A stretch of 64,000 bases of DNA, taken from the NCBI GenBank assembly GCA_050575255.1, contig JBNZDD010013628.1, positions 839,396-903,395 of the forward strand, in the 5' to 3' direction. This DNA is from Harriotta raleighana (taxonomy: Eukaryota). The notes under the pieces were generated by a model. The model did not search any database, was not told the DNA's origin, and saw only the letters and a program-made list of their open reading frames with translations. The position numbers and the translations under genes were made by a program. Numbering within the stretch: the stretch's first letter is position 1; each line of letters opens with the position of its first letter. Positions 13,190-26,978 of the stretch are shown in pieces.

Positions 13190-13400
13190 CCTAAACGCAA
13201 TCATTGGAAAAATGATGGAGTCAACCATCAGAAAAAACATGGAAGATTATCTTGGTAAATTCAATTACATTTGGTAAAATAATCTGATAAATGACAGCCA
13301 GCATAGCTTCAGGAAGGTGAAAACACAGCTACTCTGATTCTCTGACCAACTTCATATACGTGTTTGAGGAGATGACATCTCAAATGGACTGTGGTAAGGA
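13190..13400 (+). mobile_element. Old CR1 RT-domain fragment
   Basis: ggaaaaatgatggagtca (GKMMES), ataaatgacagccagcatagcttcaggaag (INDSQH.FRK), ctgaccaac (LTN), tttgaggagatgaca (FEEMT). Confidence 0.7.
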
Positions 13401-13804
13401 TTGTGCTAAGCCTAGGCTGCCATGTTTTTTACACAAACTATACAGTCACTACACTTTACAGTATATTCTGTGAAGAGCTTTGAGATATCTTAAAGAGGAG
13501 ATAAGGCACTACATGTATATGAAATGCAAGGATATATTAGATAGACATAAATTCGAAATTGCTTGGAGACAAAGACATTTATTTAACTTCCCGTAATGGA
13601 TAATGCTAGAATCAGTGTTTAAAATAAATAGCACCAATGTATCTAAGAGAGAACTTGATGCATATCCGAGGGATANAAAATTGCTTGGAGACAAAGACAT
13701 TTATTTAACAGTAATGGATAATGCTAGAATCAGTGTTTAAAACAAATAGCACCAATGTATCTAAGAGAGAACTTGATGCATATCCGAGGGATAATTTGCA
13801 ATTA

Positions 13805-14317
13805 CAGTACTGTTTATCCATGACTCGATCAACCGGAACTTCCGTATAACTGATACGTAAAAAAAAAGTCCCCATCCGATTAAGCGGATGTTATCCAGCA
13901 CAATAGCGGTGGCGCATTTATTGAATCGATTGTCGCACAAGAGTACTGTACAGGTATTTTGGCTTGCCACTAGTGCAGCCTTAAAGTCGCGCTGCCATTT
14001 TTTCCCCTCGCGTGGTGCAGAAGTTACGTATAAATAATAAAGTACCAACACAATATTCTGTTATTGCAGTATCTGTTATTACTGTATTTAGTCTATTATT
14101 TATATGGTACAGTGTACAGCATTTACAATAAAGTACCCATGCAATATTCTCTTATTATCTGTTATTATTTAGTCTGTTATTAATATGGTATGTGTTAAAA
14201 TAAGTTTTAAAAAAATTAGTGTTGGGTTTTCGACGTCAGATCCGACCATTTAACTGGCAAGCTGTTTAACTGTCATTGGCCAGGCCCCGCAGGTGCCAGA
14301 TAAATGGGCATTTACTG
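13805..14317. mobile_element. Non-autonomous Tc1/mariner-pogo-type DNA transposon (MITE family 1)
   Basis: TA|CAGTA...TTTATCC ... GATAAA...TTTACTG|TA termini; ends and interior similar to 33481-33836 and 36325-37226. Confidence 0.8.
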
Positions 14318-15144
14318 TATATTGAACCTTTTTTAAAAAAACAGGAAATCAGGTAAAGGAAGAGGCCATTTCATAGCTCATTGTATATGTTCCACCAGTT
14401 TATTAGATCTTGTAACATCTTTTAATCAGAATGCCCTCCTCTTCTGACATACTTTTTAATACATCTATAATAATAAATAATAGTCCTTACATTTGATATC
14501 ATTATTTTCATATCACAGTGGTACAATCTGAATGGTTTCCCAATTTTAAATATCCCTTTGCTGCTACAAATCAGCATTTCAACTTCATTGAATTCCAATT
14601 CAATTTTATTTTACTTCTACAGTCAAAATCGACCTAGATTCGGATAGCAGATTCAAATAGCACAATGAACAATCAGAGATACATGAACTGCAATGTGCAC
14701 AGAGACAGACCATGAGGGCAACCTGACATTGATTTTCGAACTGCATTAAATCTGTACCATTTCACAATGCTCTACCCTAAGGTAAGAGGATAGATCTTTG
14801 AGGATAATTGTTTTTTTACCTACTAAGTGTTGTTGCTCTATTACACTTCAGTGAGTGTTAAATACAGTTTATGATGTAACACAATTTGAATCAGCATTCA
14901 AAATTACAACTATTTGACTTGGTAAAGTGGTCACTATCAATGATCTTTTGTTCAGGTTTTGGGAACTAAGAAGTATACATCGACCAAATTAATTCTTCCT
15001 GGTTTGTTTTATCAAGGCTAAATTGGTATTTATGCTTCACTGTTTCCTTTCAGATATAAAAGAATAGCATTAGCAAAGGCACTGCTGTGTATTCTACATT
15101 TTGTATTACAGACAGCTCCCGAGAACCAAAAGTCCTGTAGCATA

Positions 15145-15495
15145 TTAGTTGGAGCACTGTCTCACAAGTAAGAGGACCTAGTGGGACAAAATGTTAAGCC
15201 AGTTGCCTTACTCTGCATGCTTTTATTACCTAGCTTTAAGTAGGAGCCAGTTGTTAGTCTATCGTCCAGTCACTTTTCCGGGGGTAATAATCCATTCAAA
15301 ACAATTTTTAAAAATATATAATTTGGNCGTGACTGTTTGTGGGACGCTGGCTGCTGTGCACAATTGGCTGCCACATTTAATGCTCAAATTCACTTCAAAA
15401 GTGAAGTGATATTCTGGTGATTTTCAAATATTCTGTGAAGCACTTTAAGATATCTCAAAGACATTATTAAGCGCTATACCAAATGAAAGGATTGC
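15145..15495 (+). mobile_element. tRNA-derived SINE
   Basis: Degenerate head (ttagttggagcact), body agtaggagccagttgttagtc, and shared tail (gtttgtgggac...aattggctgcc...gcgctataccaaatg). Confidence 0.75.
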
Positions 15496-15662
15496 AGTAT
15501 TGTCTTTGTTTAGTAAAATTATTTTTAAGTCCTTGCATTTCTTGAGACACATGATCCATCTGCTAGTTTCTTTTTACCACTGTTACATGCAAGTTTTTGT
15601 TTGTGTCACATTTGCTTCCGCTTGTCACAACTTAAGTTCTAATTGCTTTGTTCTAATTGATG

Positions 15663-16390
15663 TGTGCGCAACCTGGGCGTCAGGTTCGACCCCCAATTGT
15701 CCTCCCTCCCCCACATCCGGTCTGTTACCAGCACTGCCTTCAATCACCTCCGACGGATCGCCCGTCTCCGGCAATACCTCATCCCTAAAGCTGCTGAAAC
15801 CTTGGTCCATGCCTTTGTCACCTCTCGGCTGGACTATTGCAATGCCCTCCTCCTCGGTCTCTCCTCCATCACAATCCACAAAATCCAGCTAATCCAAAAC
15901 TCTGTTGCCCGCATACTCACCCATTCCAAGCTCCGCTCCCCCATTACCCCAGTCCTTTCCAGACTTCACTGGCTCCCTATCCCAGAGAGGATCGACTTCA
16001 AGATCCTCACCCTTGTTTTCAAATCCCTCTACTCCTCTGCACCCCCCCTATCTCTCTGATCTCCTCTCCCCCCAAACCAACACCCTTTGCCTTCGCTCCT
16101 CTCGGTCTGGCCTCCTCCATGTCCCCAGAATCTTCCACTCCACCTTCGGCAGCCGTGCCTTCAGCCACTACGCCCCGAGGTTTTGGAACTCTCTTCCTCA
16201 CTCCCTTCGCCTCGTCCCCTCTCTTCCCAGTTTCAGGTCACAGCTGAAGACCTTTCTCTTCGACCGCACGTTTGGTCACCTTTCTGCCCCTGCCCCTGGC
16301 TCGGTCCTGGGATCCGCTATTGTGAAGCGCTCTGAGACGCCATCCGGCGTGGAGGGCGCTATATAAATCAAAGTTGTTGTTGTTGTTGTT
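15663..16390 (+). mobile_element. Young 5'-truncated L2 LINE (type A), ORF2 C-terminus with one frameshift
   Basis: RNLGVRFD...IARLRQYL...ETLVHAFVTSRLDYCNALL...IQNSVARIL...LHWLPIPERIDFKIL; continues in another frame as PYLSDLL...RAFSHYAPRFWNSLP...FRSQLKTFLF; (GTT)n tail. Confidence 0.95.
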
Positions 16391-19134
16391 TGTACTGAAT
16401 GGAGAAATAAATATACTTGGCCGTAGCTGTAGAAGAAAACACAGAGTGTATCACAGTGATTCTGCCAGCTGTTAAGTTATCCAATTCAGATGCTTTAAGG
16501 TCAGTTCACTGAACAAGATTTGTGCTATTCTCCAAAAAGCCCTGACTGGTTCTCAGACTGACGTTAACTGAATGACTCTTGGGTGATGGGTCTAGAGATA
16601 CAGGTCTCCGTGGGAGGAGGAAAACATTCTTAATTTGAAATATCTCCTGTAAGGAAACGGTGCCATTTATGTACATTAAAATGGTTTAACAAAAATCCTT
16701 CTGACATCTGAGAGAAGATAATTGAAAGGCAAAATTATGACTACTGCAATTAAACTGACATTTTCAGTCTGCATTTTTGACATAAATCCTACAAAAATCA
16801 GATTATAACATCTACTTTGTCAATTCCAAATATGTTTCAGAAACAGATCAAGTGCAAATCAAAATGACAACATTTTTGATTGCTTAACCTATTGTATCTC
16901 TTTGCCTTAAGCTGATTGTTAGAAAGTACAATTTCTCATGAGGTTTCAGTTTGTGCTGCTCCAAATGTTCTTGTAAGTGAAAGCTGACTCCAAAGAGTTT
17001 AAGGAGACACCTTTGCTATTCTCAGGTTAAAAAAAAGTGTTGTAGTAATTTGCTCTTAGCTGCATTTTGCAGCTGTCTACATTTACAAGGTCACTATTAC
17101 CAGAATCTAAACCAAACTTTTCAAAGGTCTGGGGTCAAGTTTCAAATAACTGCACATTCTTACTTTAACTGAAAGCAAGCCACAGACTCAGCATGATCTA
17201 AGATTAATGTTCATCTTTTCTCACATTAGAGACTTCAAAGAGACCAATTACCAATGGCCTGACATGGGCTACTGCATTATACTTCCTGTGTAAAGTGCCT
17301 CTTCTCTGCATGATGCTCTTTGACAGTTCTGGCCACCAGTCCGTTTTCACTTCTTTCAGTCATTAGTAGCCCCTAGCCTTTGAGAGCAGTTGACATTGCG
17401 AATGGCGAAACACAAAACTGGTCTGCTTTGCTTTCTCTCAGTCAGCAATATGCATGTTCAAAGGTACCCATTCAGTTCCCTCCCCTTTGCTTATCCTTGC
17501 AATCTCACATAACAACAACATTTTAAAGTGACATAGTACAGACCAGACTGACATTATTTTCAGAAAACAAGCATTCAATGGCGAGGAAAGTGAAGCGGCT
17601 GAGTGCAGATACACGCAGACATCTATATTTCCTCTATTTGAATAAAATTGTAACAAATTGTGTGTTTTGCAGTGTTTGAAGAGATTCCAGCTACCCAGCT
17701 TGAAAAATATATTACATCTTCACCTTTTGAATATGCTCTTAAAAGCCACGCCATTGGTTATAAAATGAAACGGTGGCTTGAGTGTTGTGAACGGCTTTAA
17801 GCACTTGCAACAGGAGTGATATGTTCCAAGTAATCAATGAGTTTCACTCACTTTACAATATATAGTATTATGTGAAGCGTTTTGAGATGTCTAGATGACC
17901 TTTAAGGTGCTTTATCAAATGCGAGGATTATTATTATTATTATTATTATTTTACCTCTCCAAATCCCCAGCAGTGTGTGCAAAAATCAGACGCAAAATCG
18001 AGTATGGTTCAAAAGTCCCGTCCAATACTCTATTGAACTACGAAGCTAAATTTTTTTACAGCTTCAGGCTTGCCAGGAATGTTAAGCTCCAACTTGTTCT
18101 GAGGTTGAAACAGAATTTATAAATCGTTCGACTGAGCTAAAACTAGTATTATGTTACAAAGCAACAACAAAATTACATTTGTATAGCACGTTTCAAATTG
18201 AGAGGACGTCCCAAGGCCCTGGAAACAGTGAAATGGCCATTTTCCTTCCAGAGCTGTCAACATTAGTCCCAAATCCATCTAGGTCTGGTTTAGATCAAAC
18301 CAGGTTAAAGTATTTGGCCATTGAAAGATGAAGTCATGAGATTCCATTGGGCAGGGATCACTATCAGTATTAGAGCACATATTCAATAGCACCTTGTTTA
18401 CCTTATATAACAACACTGTGTTTCACAGAGTGTGACTCAGACATTCTCTCTCTCTAGCCAAAGGATTGCATTTGGCACATTGCTTAAATCCACAACATGT
18501 AGCGTACTGTGCAACAAAGTGAGGGTAAAATATGGAACATATGCAGCTCCACTATAATGTTGCCACATTTTGCACAAACAGTATATAAAAGTTGACCACT
18601 TACTGTATCAACAATTTTCAAAACTGCTCATCGAGATCAAAATTCCAGGTTCCCAGGCCTGGATATTTCAATAACAATAATAATGATAAGCCTCACATTT
18701 AATATCGTGCCTTTCATATTCGGAGGATGTCTCGAATCTCGTCACAGAATCTACTTGTAAAGAGTTTTGACGGCTAATTTGCACACAGAAATTGATACAT
18801 ACTCAGTGTTCATTTTTACGCAGGGGATTGTTGGATAGGATTATTATTAATCCCCAGCAGTTTGTGCAAATCTCAGACTGAAAACAAAGTCTTTCTTTTC
18901 TAACACTGTAACCAGCATAACTGTGTAGCGTTTTGAGATGTTTCAAAGACTTAATAAGGTGCTATATCAAATGCCAGGATTATTATATTGTAACAAATTA
19001 TGTTCTATTCCACTAATGTTTCAAAGTTTAAATGACTAGTTTATTTGTTTTCACCGGCTCAGGTTTGGAGATGAAGTCCACATTGGCTTGATTGTCTCAA
19101 ATCAATCCAGAAAAGGTTCCCTACAAATACACAG

Positions 19135-19250
19135 TTGGCAGCATTCTCATCTCTGAGTAAGTAGGTTGTGGGTTCAAGCCCCACGTCAGGTATCTGAACA
19201 TTCCAGGGCAGTGCTGAAGGTACATCAGATGAAATATTAAATCAAGGTAA
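19135..19250 (+). mobile_element. 5' part of a Deu-type (SacSINE1/AmnSINE1-like) SINE
   Basis: ggcagcattctcatctctgagt...ggttgtgggttcaagccccac (B-box-like), then cagtgctgaagg...tcagatgaaatattaaatcaagg. Confidence 0.6.
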
Positions 19251-19279
19251 AACAAAAAGAGACATGAGCAGGCTGAAGT

Positions 19280-19800
19280 TAGAGGAGCAGAGGAAGTGGT
19301 CGGGGGCTTAGGGTCAGAAGAGATTGCAGAATTTGAATAGTGCAAGACTTTAGTGGCATTTTAAATTGAGGACAAGAATCTGAAAGTTAATCCACTGAGG
19401 GAAATGGTGTGGAGTCAAGTGAGTGATGGGTTCATGAAGCCTGTTGTGGGGGAAAATGTAGGTCGGGATAGAGTGGAGTTTGGGAGATGAGGAGGACGAT
19501 GAGTAAGGTACTGGAAAAGTTTAGTTTGGATGTGGGTTGTGACTGCATTGAATTGAGGTAATGGTGAAGGGAAGCAATGATATAGAAATGGAAAAAAAAA
19601 TTGTCAGAATGCAGATGAAAGAAGAATTAAAAGTTGAACAAATTACCAAGATTCTGTTCAGACACTGTAATTTGGAGAAACAACTGGGAGATCAATGTGG
19701 TCAACACTGACAGGAGAAGATGTTAACCTGAGCCAAGTATAATACCATCAGTTTTGTCAATATTGAGCAGGAGAATTTTAAGGTTCATCCTGATCAAGAT
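19280..19800 (-). mobile_element. Very decayed L2 fragment
   Basis: Antisense of L2 ORF2 (gaggacaagaatctgaaagttaatcc = IDFKILV-like). Confidence 0.6.
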
Positions 19801-20079
19801 TAATGAACTTAAAACTTGAATTCAATTTTGCATACAACAAGATCCCACACATACCTATGAAGTGAATAACCAATTTATCTGGAAGATTGATGGTGAGGGC
19901 AATAAATGTCATGGGATATTTAGAGTTAATATGGGATATTTAGAGGTTCGGATCTAAAACAATGACTGTCCAGGGTCTTGGGACGTCCTCCTGACATAAA
20001 AGTCGCGATACAACTATAAATGAGTTGTTTTGTTGTTTGTTATGTGGTGTTGTTCTTAATAATCATAATAATCCCTGTA

Positions 20080-20380
20080 TTTGATATAGTGCCTTATCAT
20101 GTTATCAAGATGTCATATCCCCAAAGCGCTTCAACAACAACAAAATTACATTTATAGAGCGCGTTTCACGTCAGGAGGACGTCCCAGGTTATACTGTAAG
20201 ATGTTTATTTGTGGGCAAAACACAGCAACCAATTGTGCATAACATTCACCTGAACAATCAGACAAGACTTCAGTTTAACATTTTACTTGAAGGACAGCAA
20301 ATCTATCAATGTAGTGGAATGTCATCGTAGATCATGAACTCAATGTGCTGAGGTAGGGCTTAAACCCATTATCATCTGAC
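20080..20380 (-). mobile_element. Deu-type SINE with a solo L2 tail inserted at ~20133-20188
   Basis: Reverse-complement SINE tail, cattcacctgaacaatcagacaagacttcagtttaacat (Deu-like) and B-box remnant; the L2 tail interrupts the SINE tail. Confidence 0.7.
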
Positions 20381-22321
20381 CCAATCAATTCTGAATTTAT
20401 GGCCATCTAGGGCAGTATATTTCCCATTCTTGCAACCATTTATGTGAAGAAATGTTTCCTGTTTTCACTTTTAGAAAGGAAGAATAGAACAATTAGCATT
20501 CAATCTTCAGCAGTCCAATATGCTTGTGTTATATCTATGTTCTTGACATCATAATGCAGTGGTCATGTTGTTTTCAAAAAAATATTGCTATCGTTAAAGT
20601 GCCATGGATAGAAATGACTGACACCTTGTGAAGTATGTTTGTGATTTTTGATAAATGGCTAGCTAGTGAGTGAATATTAATTCCCTGAAAATATATCTTA
20701 TTTGAACTTAAAATTCAGCTATTACTGGAGTAATGCAATGTTAGTCAGTAATAGATGAATTTGTTGTGTTGAAACAGAGACGTGGCTTTTACAGTGTTTA
20801 ATTGTTGTGCAGGCACTCATTTTAATTTAGTGTCTGTACTTTGTACACTATAAAAATATGATAGTAAAACAAAGTAGATCTGATAATGCCAATTACACAT
20901 AAAAAGAACCTGCTTTAAAATGCTGGCATAGGTTTCCTGTCTACAACAATGTAATTTGATATCTGTATTTTATACTATATCAAATGGAAAGATTATTATG
21001 ATATGATTTTGTCCTAGTACTGGTAATTGTGAGTGTTTTACATTTGAAATAAATCCTGGCATCTATGTTCCACTTATTGCAAATAATATTTGACTTCAGA
21101 AAAAATTGGAAAACAAGAATTTTATTTGTAACAGCAAAATAATGATACGCTGCTCGTTCAATTTAAGGTTACACTCCATTACTGTTTTCAAACACGCCAT
21201 TGAGTGAACAATATAATTACTGATTTTTACATGTAATACAAAGCCACTTTATCTAGAAATGGTAACTATGGAAACTGCAAATACAATGGGCGTATATTGA
21301 ATCACATTCTTCTGCAACTTTCAGTTCTCATTATTCCAGTATTAAAATATATCTATACAACAAATTTTGGAATCAGCCTTGACGAAATGCTCCTGATCTG
21401 ATCATTTGGGGCATCGCACATGCATACATCCAAGCCTGTGAGTTGTTTTTGCTTTTCATTTTTATGAACATTTATTAAGTATAACACTTGAAGTGATTAT
21501 ATTCTTATTACCACACCAGTTTTTTTTTTTGCACGCAATGATTCATTCAGTCTGGCTTCTGGAATAATAGTTCACTAGTTTGCAAACAAAACAAGTCTAA
21601 CATATTATACTGTGCATAGCTTTCCCTTCACACCCTCCAAAAGCAACATACATTTTCCATCCTCACACTATCATCATCAGTACCACACCTTGTCCTACTG
21701 TAATAACAGTTTTTCAAACAATAGTCCAAAGGTACCATGTACAAATGGTGGGAACTCTGCTGAGTGTTTACCACATTGAACAAGCCAGACAATCTCCCTG
21801 TCGCCCACTGCTGAATAATCAGTCTATTCTCTCTTCCAAAATTATTATTGTCTAGTTGTTTAATCACCGTGGATTAATGCTTGTTAAGTTCTCAGGATAG
21901 CAATATTGCGGTTTATATTGTGGGCAGTATGTGGTTTGGCAGTTATTCAGGGCAAATCCGTACCAAACAGTCCAATTTTTGTAGTTCCTCAGGTTTTAAC
22001 ATTGGCCAACCCCTTTTTATAGCTTCCTGATTTAAAATGTGTAAATAATTTTTTTTCTTATTATTTTTCACAGTTTTTCATATTTGGGAAACAGCTATAT
22101 TTTTCAACTTTTCGCAGAACTATTGTATCTTGAAAGCAACATTGCCGTTGCTAAGAAAGAAGATTATTATGCATCAACTATCCACTTGTCCATTTGTCCG
22201 CATCTGGCTAAGTGAACAAGGGACTGGAAGATAATAGCAAAAATATTCAATTTCATTCATATGTGGGTGGTGACCAGGGATTTGGTTTGATCCCATGGTG
22301 CAGGAAAATTGCTTCCTTATC

Positions 22322-22412
22322 GTAGGAACATTGGAATGGGAGTAAGCCATTCAGAAACTCGTGCCTGTTCTGCTATTCTATTAGATCATGGCTGATCTGT
22401 GCCTGAATCCCC
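22322..22412 (-). mobile_element. CR1 3'UTR fragment
   Basis: ggagtaagccattcag...gcctgttctgctattctattagatcatggctgatctg, typical of a CR1 3' end read in reverse. Confidence 0.65.
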
Positions 22413-24481
22413 TTCTGCAGCAACATTCAATGCTGTGTTTTTTTTGCCAATAGAGTGAAGGCAAGTGTTTATATTTTTGTACAGTTTAAGGTGAGTCAGT
22501 TATAGAGCTACAGGAAGTCATAGAAAGAAACAGAGCTACAAAGACTCAAATGGAGAAAGAGAAGAACACAGGTTCAGAGAGAATGGCAGATAAAGAGAGA
22601 AATGAAGGAGGGAAAGTGGGAGAGAGAGTAAGGAAGTAGGGAAAAGAGAGAGAGAGTTGAATAAACTCTAGAATGACAGACAGAGGACAATCACATTATG
22701 ATATTTCAGTAAGGATACTGTTTAATTTCGGCTTGAGGAGTTTTAGAATAAGCCTTGCAACCAATTTGTATTTTATATGAGATCGAATTTTCTAGAGAGT
22801 TTGTTTATCCTCAACAAAGTAAAGATCCCAATTAGTGCAAATAATCAGCTTTCTTCTATAATGTAAAAGGCAACCTTTTGTGGTTTTGAATGCAAAACAT
22901 GGAAGGTTCCCTTGTTTACTGAGAAAATGCAGACCTCCTCCACACTTCTCAAATTCAGCACCCATCATTTCACATAGTTTCTCCCAAAATTTCATTCGCA
23001 ACAATAAATCAAATGAAGACAAGTTTAGAAGGATACTTTGCAGCTAAGGTTTACGCATTGAAATACAAATGCAAGGATTATTATTATTGGAACGTGCAAA
23101 ATTTAGAACGAACCTTTGTGACAAGCCCTTTGATGAAAAATAATGTATTTACCTCTCCTAAAACTGATCGGTTTCTCTTCTAACATACTCTATGTAATGC
23201 CCTCTTGGGATTTTCTGCCATATCTATTGGTTTTTCCTGGCAATCTGTTCCATGTATTGACTCTCCTCTGCATTACATATCTTATAAACTAGGTAACCAA
23301 ATCCGGATCACAAAAGAAGTACACAACGTCTTGAGTTCTTTAGAATTATAAAGCATAATGATGCTGCAATTTTCAGCAGGTGATTGAAACATAACTGTTA
23401 GTGTGTTAAACATGCATTATGTTCATTGCTACCAAGAGACAGGCCTGAAACTCTGAAAAAAAAGTCCCTTGAAATGAACATAGTACTTGGAAAGTTGGCA
23501 GTTATTTTCAGATTTTGCTTCAAGTTTTTTACAATCTATTTAAATGACAAGTAACATTGATTCTTTGGATTCTCTCAGATTTCTTTAGTATTTCATTATG
23601 GATATTCTTACGGTCTATAAGCCCCCAAATGTTATATTACTGTAGGATCAAAAAAGGTCACGATCATGTTTTTTTTTTCAGATCAAGCATGTTGAATTGA
23701 AACGATTACGAAGTGAATGCTTAATTATGGCTAAAATATTCTGGATGAATTTCAGAATCTATGAAGAACCAATTATCCCACCCACCCTCCAGTCCACATG
23801 TTCTTCATGTGTTTTTAAATTCATAGAGCTACCACTAGATGGGGTATCCTACTGGAGGAAAATCCATCACCATATCCATCTTGTAGACCACTTTCCTTTT
23901 GGCAGCTGAACCACACAAAGATGTTGGGAACCACGGAACAGAATTAACTTGAATTGCACAACCCACTGCTGTGTCTTACATTAGTAAAAGCAGAGGTAAA
24001 AAAAAATCTGATGGCCTTGCAATCTTAAAACACACTGGCCACCATTTCCCACCATGTGATATGTAGGTCAAGTAATAAGACACTGTGTTTATTTATTCTC
24101 CATAACATGATGCTTTAAATAGACTATATTACTATGGTCATATAATGCTAGGCGCATATGTTACAAGTCTTGTTACAAACAAACAGCAGAGCTTTGCATA
24201 CTTTGCAGCTTATTTAGTGGAGTGCTTTTCAGTGTCATTTTAACTACATAATATTCTGGATAAAATTGGCTCATGAGTTTACACCAGCTGTATGCTAATA
24301 AAACCTGTATGATTTTATGATTTTCTCAGACATCATTTGCATAGACAGATTAACTGAAAGACAGTAGACTGAATGACATAAGGATTGACAGACAGGCAAG
24401 TAGATGTTACAGAAAATACCGGCAGCAGTGCATTCACAGTATGAACGCATATTCTTTCACAATTGAACTGTATTGGTAATA

Positions 24482-24670
24482 TTAATAATCCTTGCATTTG
24501 GTATGGCGCTTTTCACGTCTTCCAGATGTCCCAAAGTGCTTCACAGAATATACTGTAGAGTGAATTGATTGTATATTTGTGGGTGAAACCTAGCAGCCAT
24601 TGTGCAGAGCAGCGTCCCACAAACAGTTGTGGTTTGAATTGACTAATTTTTTTTCAAGGGATTATCACAG
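24482..24670 (-). mobile_element. tRNA-SINE 3' half
   Basis: taataatccttgcatttggtatggcgcttttcacgtc...cccacaaacag, reverse complement of the tail at 57980-58138. Confidence 0.85.
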
Positions 24671-24964
24671 TATCAGGCGCAAGGAGCAAGAAACGTACCC
24701 ATATTCACTATTCCTTGTATAGTTTGATATCCTTCATTTTTCCGAGTTTGTGGTTTGTATCCAATGAACAATTTAAGTTTAAATTTAAAAGAGCATCACT
24801 GAATATGTGAGGTATTTTCAGGCATATTTAGTATTTGGAACACCCTTATTCTAAGAAATGGGAAATGACTATGTAGAGGCAAGAAGGTCAGATCTGAACA
24901 ACTGTGATTTTAGAAGGTTTTGGCGTTTCTCTTTTGCCTTTGTAATTCCTTATAACTCAGGTTC

Positions 24965-25195
24965 TGCACGCCTCTCAGACCCACACTCACCTGGTTTTAT
25001 CGATTTTCCATCCTTTAGGGGATTGAGTTCCAGATCGTGTGCCTCATCTTTAAATCGATCCACAATCTCACCCACCCTATCTTGACAACCTCCTCAAACA
25101 GTACCAATCCAGCCACTCTCTTCGCCATGCAAGGACTGTAATGGCTGTAATTACTGACATGTGAAGGCCCAATATAAATGTAACTTTGTTTTGTA
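24965..25195 (+). mobile_element. Decayed, internally deleted L2 3' fragment
   Basis: gattgagttccagatcgtgtgcctcatctttaaatcg (IEF.I..LIFKS) and tail gtgaaggcccaatataaatgtaactttg. Confidence 0.6.
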
Positions 25196-26978
25196 ATCAA
25201 TTTGGGGTTTTTGTAAACATTTGCTTTGGGATCATAATTGTACTGTGTACAAATTCAGCATGGCTGTGTGATTTATTCCATCCTTTTTGCTATACCCTCC
25301 AAGAGTGTCCCTTTCTTCATTATCACGAGTTACCTAAAATCTTTTGTCCATGTTGTATTCTATCGACTAATACCATTTAGCTTTCTAGTCCAGTCTCCTT
25401 CCCAATCTTGTCAATTGCCACTTATCCACAACTGACATTTTGCGATGACTAACCCAACTTTGTTCCATTTAAATCCCTATTTAAATTTGCAACTTCACCA
25501 GTTTTAAAACCCATTTGGTATCATCTCACCTTGAATTATAGTTCTTGATTTGTAAGATCTGGATTTTCCCTCTCTTGGATCTTACTACCTTCCTGTTCTG
25601 GGATGCTCTTTTTCTATGCAAAATTAATCTTTCCTTGGAAGTACTTTTTTGTTCTCGGTAATTTATGTTGAAAACAAAAAAGGTTCACCTTGATTCAGGC
25701 AAGTTAGCTGATGAACTACACTTAAAATGCTGTTGGGGAATGTGTAACAATGTTAAATCAAAGCAGTTTGTATATTTGCTAAACTTCATAGCAAGGCCAG
25801 AAAATGTTCAAAAAAGAATGATGTACAGGTTTGGTATTTGAATATATTAATCTTTTTTTTGGAGATCATAAGGGTTACAGTCTTCTTCAGCAGAGATTGC
25901 AATAAAAATACAGTCAACATATAATGATAAAGAATATTAAAAACAGCACACAGACTTATCAAAATGTAGCATGAACAACTACATTAATCCCAAGGAGAAG
26001 TCAAACAAAGCCATTTTCGCTTGATAATAGGGCATTTCCATAGAAATGTTTGCATCTGAAACTTGATTTTTAAAATTGTAATGAATATGAGCAGGTTTCC
26101 AAACACGAAATAGAAAGATCTTTCGTTGACTAATGACATGATATGTTTATATTCTGTGTTAGTTTAGTGACACATTCTCCTCTGATGTTTGGGTTGTTTA
26201 GCAAAATTTCAACCTTACTTATTCTAAGGTTGTGCATGCTCCAGCGATATAGTGCGTTGTCCAGCAACCACAATGTAATATGTGAGGAAAAATGGAAGAC
26301 TAATACAGAAACAAACTGTCCCTCTTCCCTACCCAACTTGTAACTGGCTGATTTGGAAATATGGATATCAAGGTTTATTTGCAGTAAGCAGCCATTCTTA
26401 CAATGCCAAGCAACAATCTCATAATTCTATTGTAAATGTGCTTCCATTTCTACAGTGCAGCAACATGCCAGACTGTGTGCCCATTTAACTTAACTACAGT
26501 AAACACAATGTCCTCTATTAATCTCCTTCATCTACTCCTGTGATTTTCTGAATAAGTGTTCAGTATGTTGATCTTATTATCAGAGATCAAATCTAATGTA
26601 TCTGGTTATTAGGATACCAAACAAGCATCTTTTAGTTAAGATCTATATTGTGGACACTATAGTTGTATTTGCAGTGTAATGTTCACCAGAAAAAACAATG
26701 TACAGAATTCAGATACATTTTCTGCACTTGAGATTACCGTAGGCATTTACAGAGGTAAAACCCTTGACAATTTTTCATGGTAAAGCACTCGCTCTGCAAT
26801 AGAAACACTATATAATACACCATATGATAGTTATCCAAATAGGCAAAAAGAACATGGATAACTTCAATCATCTGGGAGCAAAACAAAATATGTATGTGGA
26901 TTTTTTTAATATTTCAGTGAATGGAAATATGACGCTGAAAAATTAAATATGAATAAGACAGGTCAACAAGATACTTAC

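Noticed and set aside
13556-13793. ~120-bp direct duplication
   Set aside because: Joined by a single N (13676) with a small indel difference; assembly/haplotype artefact
14623-14781. Exon-like segment with good acceptor and donor (ttctacag| ... AAG|gtaaga)
   Set aside because: Stops in all three frames; at most a non-coding exon, with no further support
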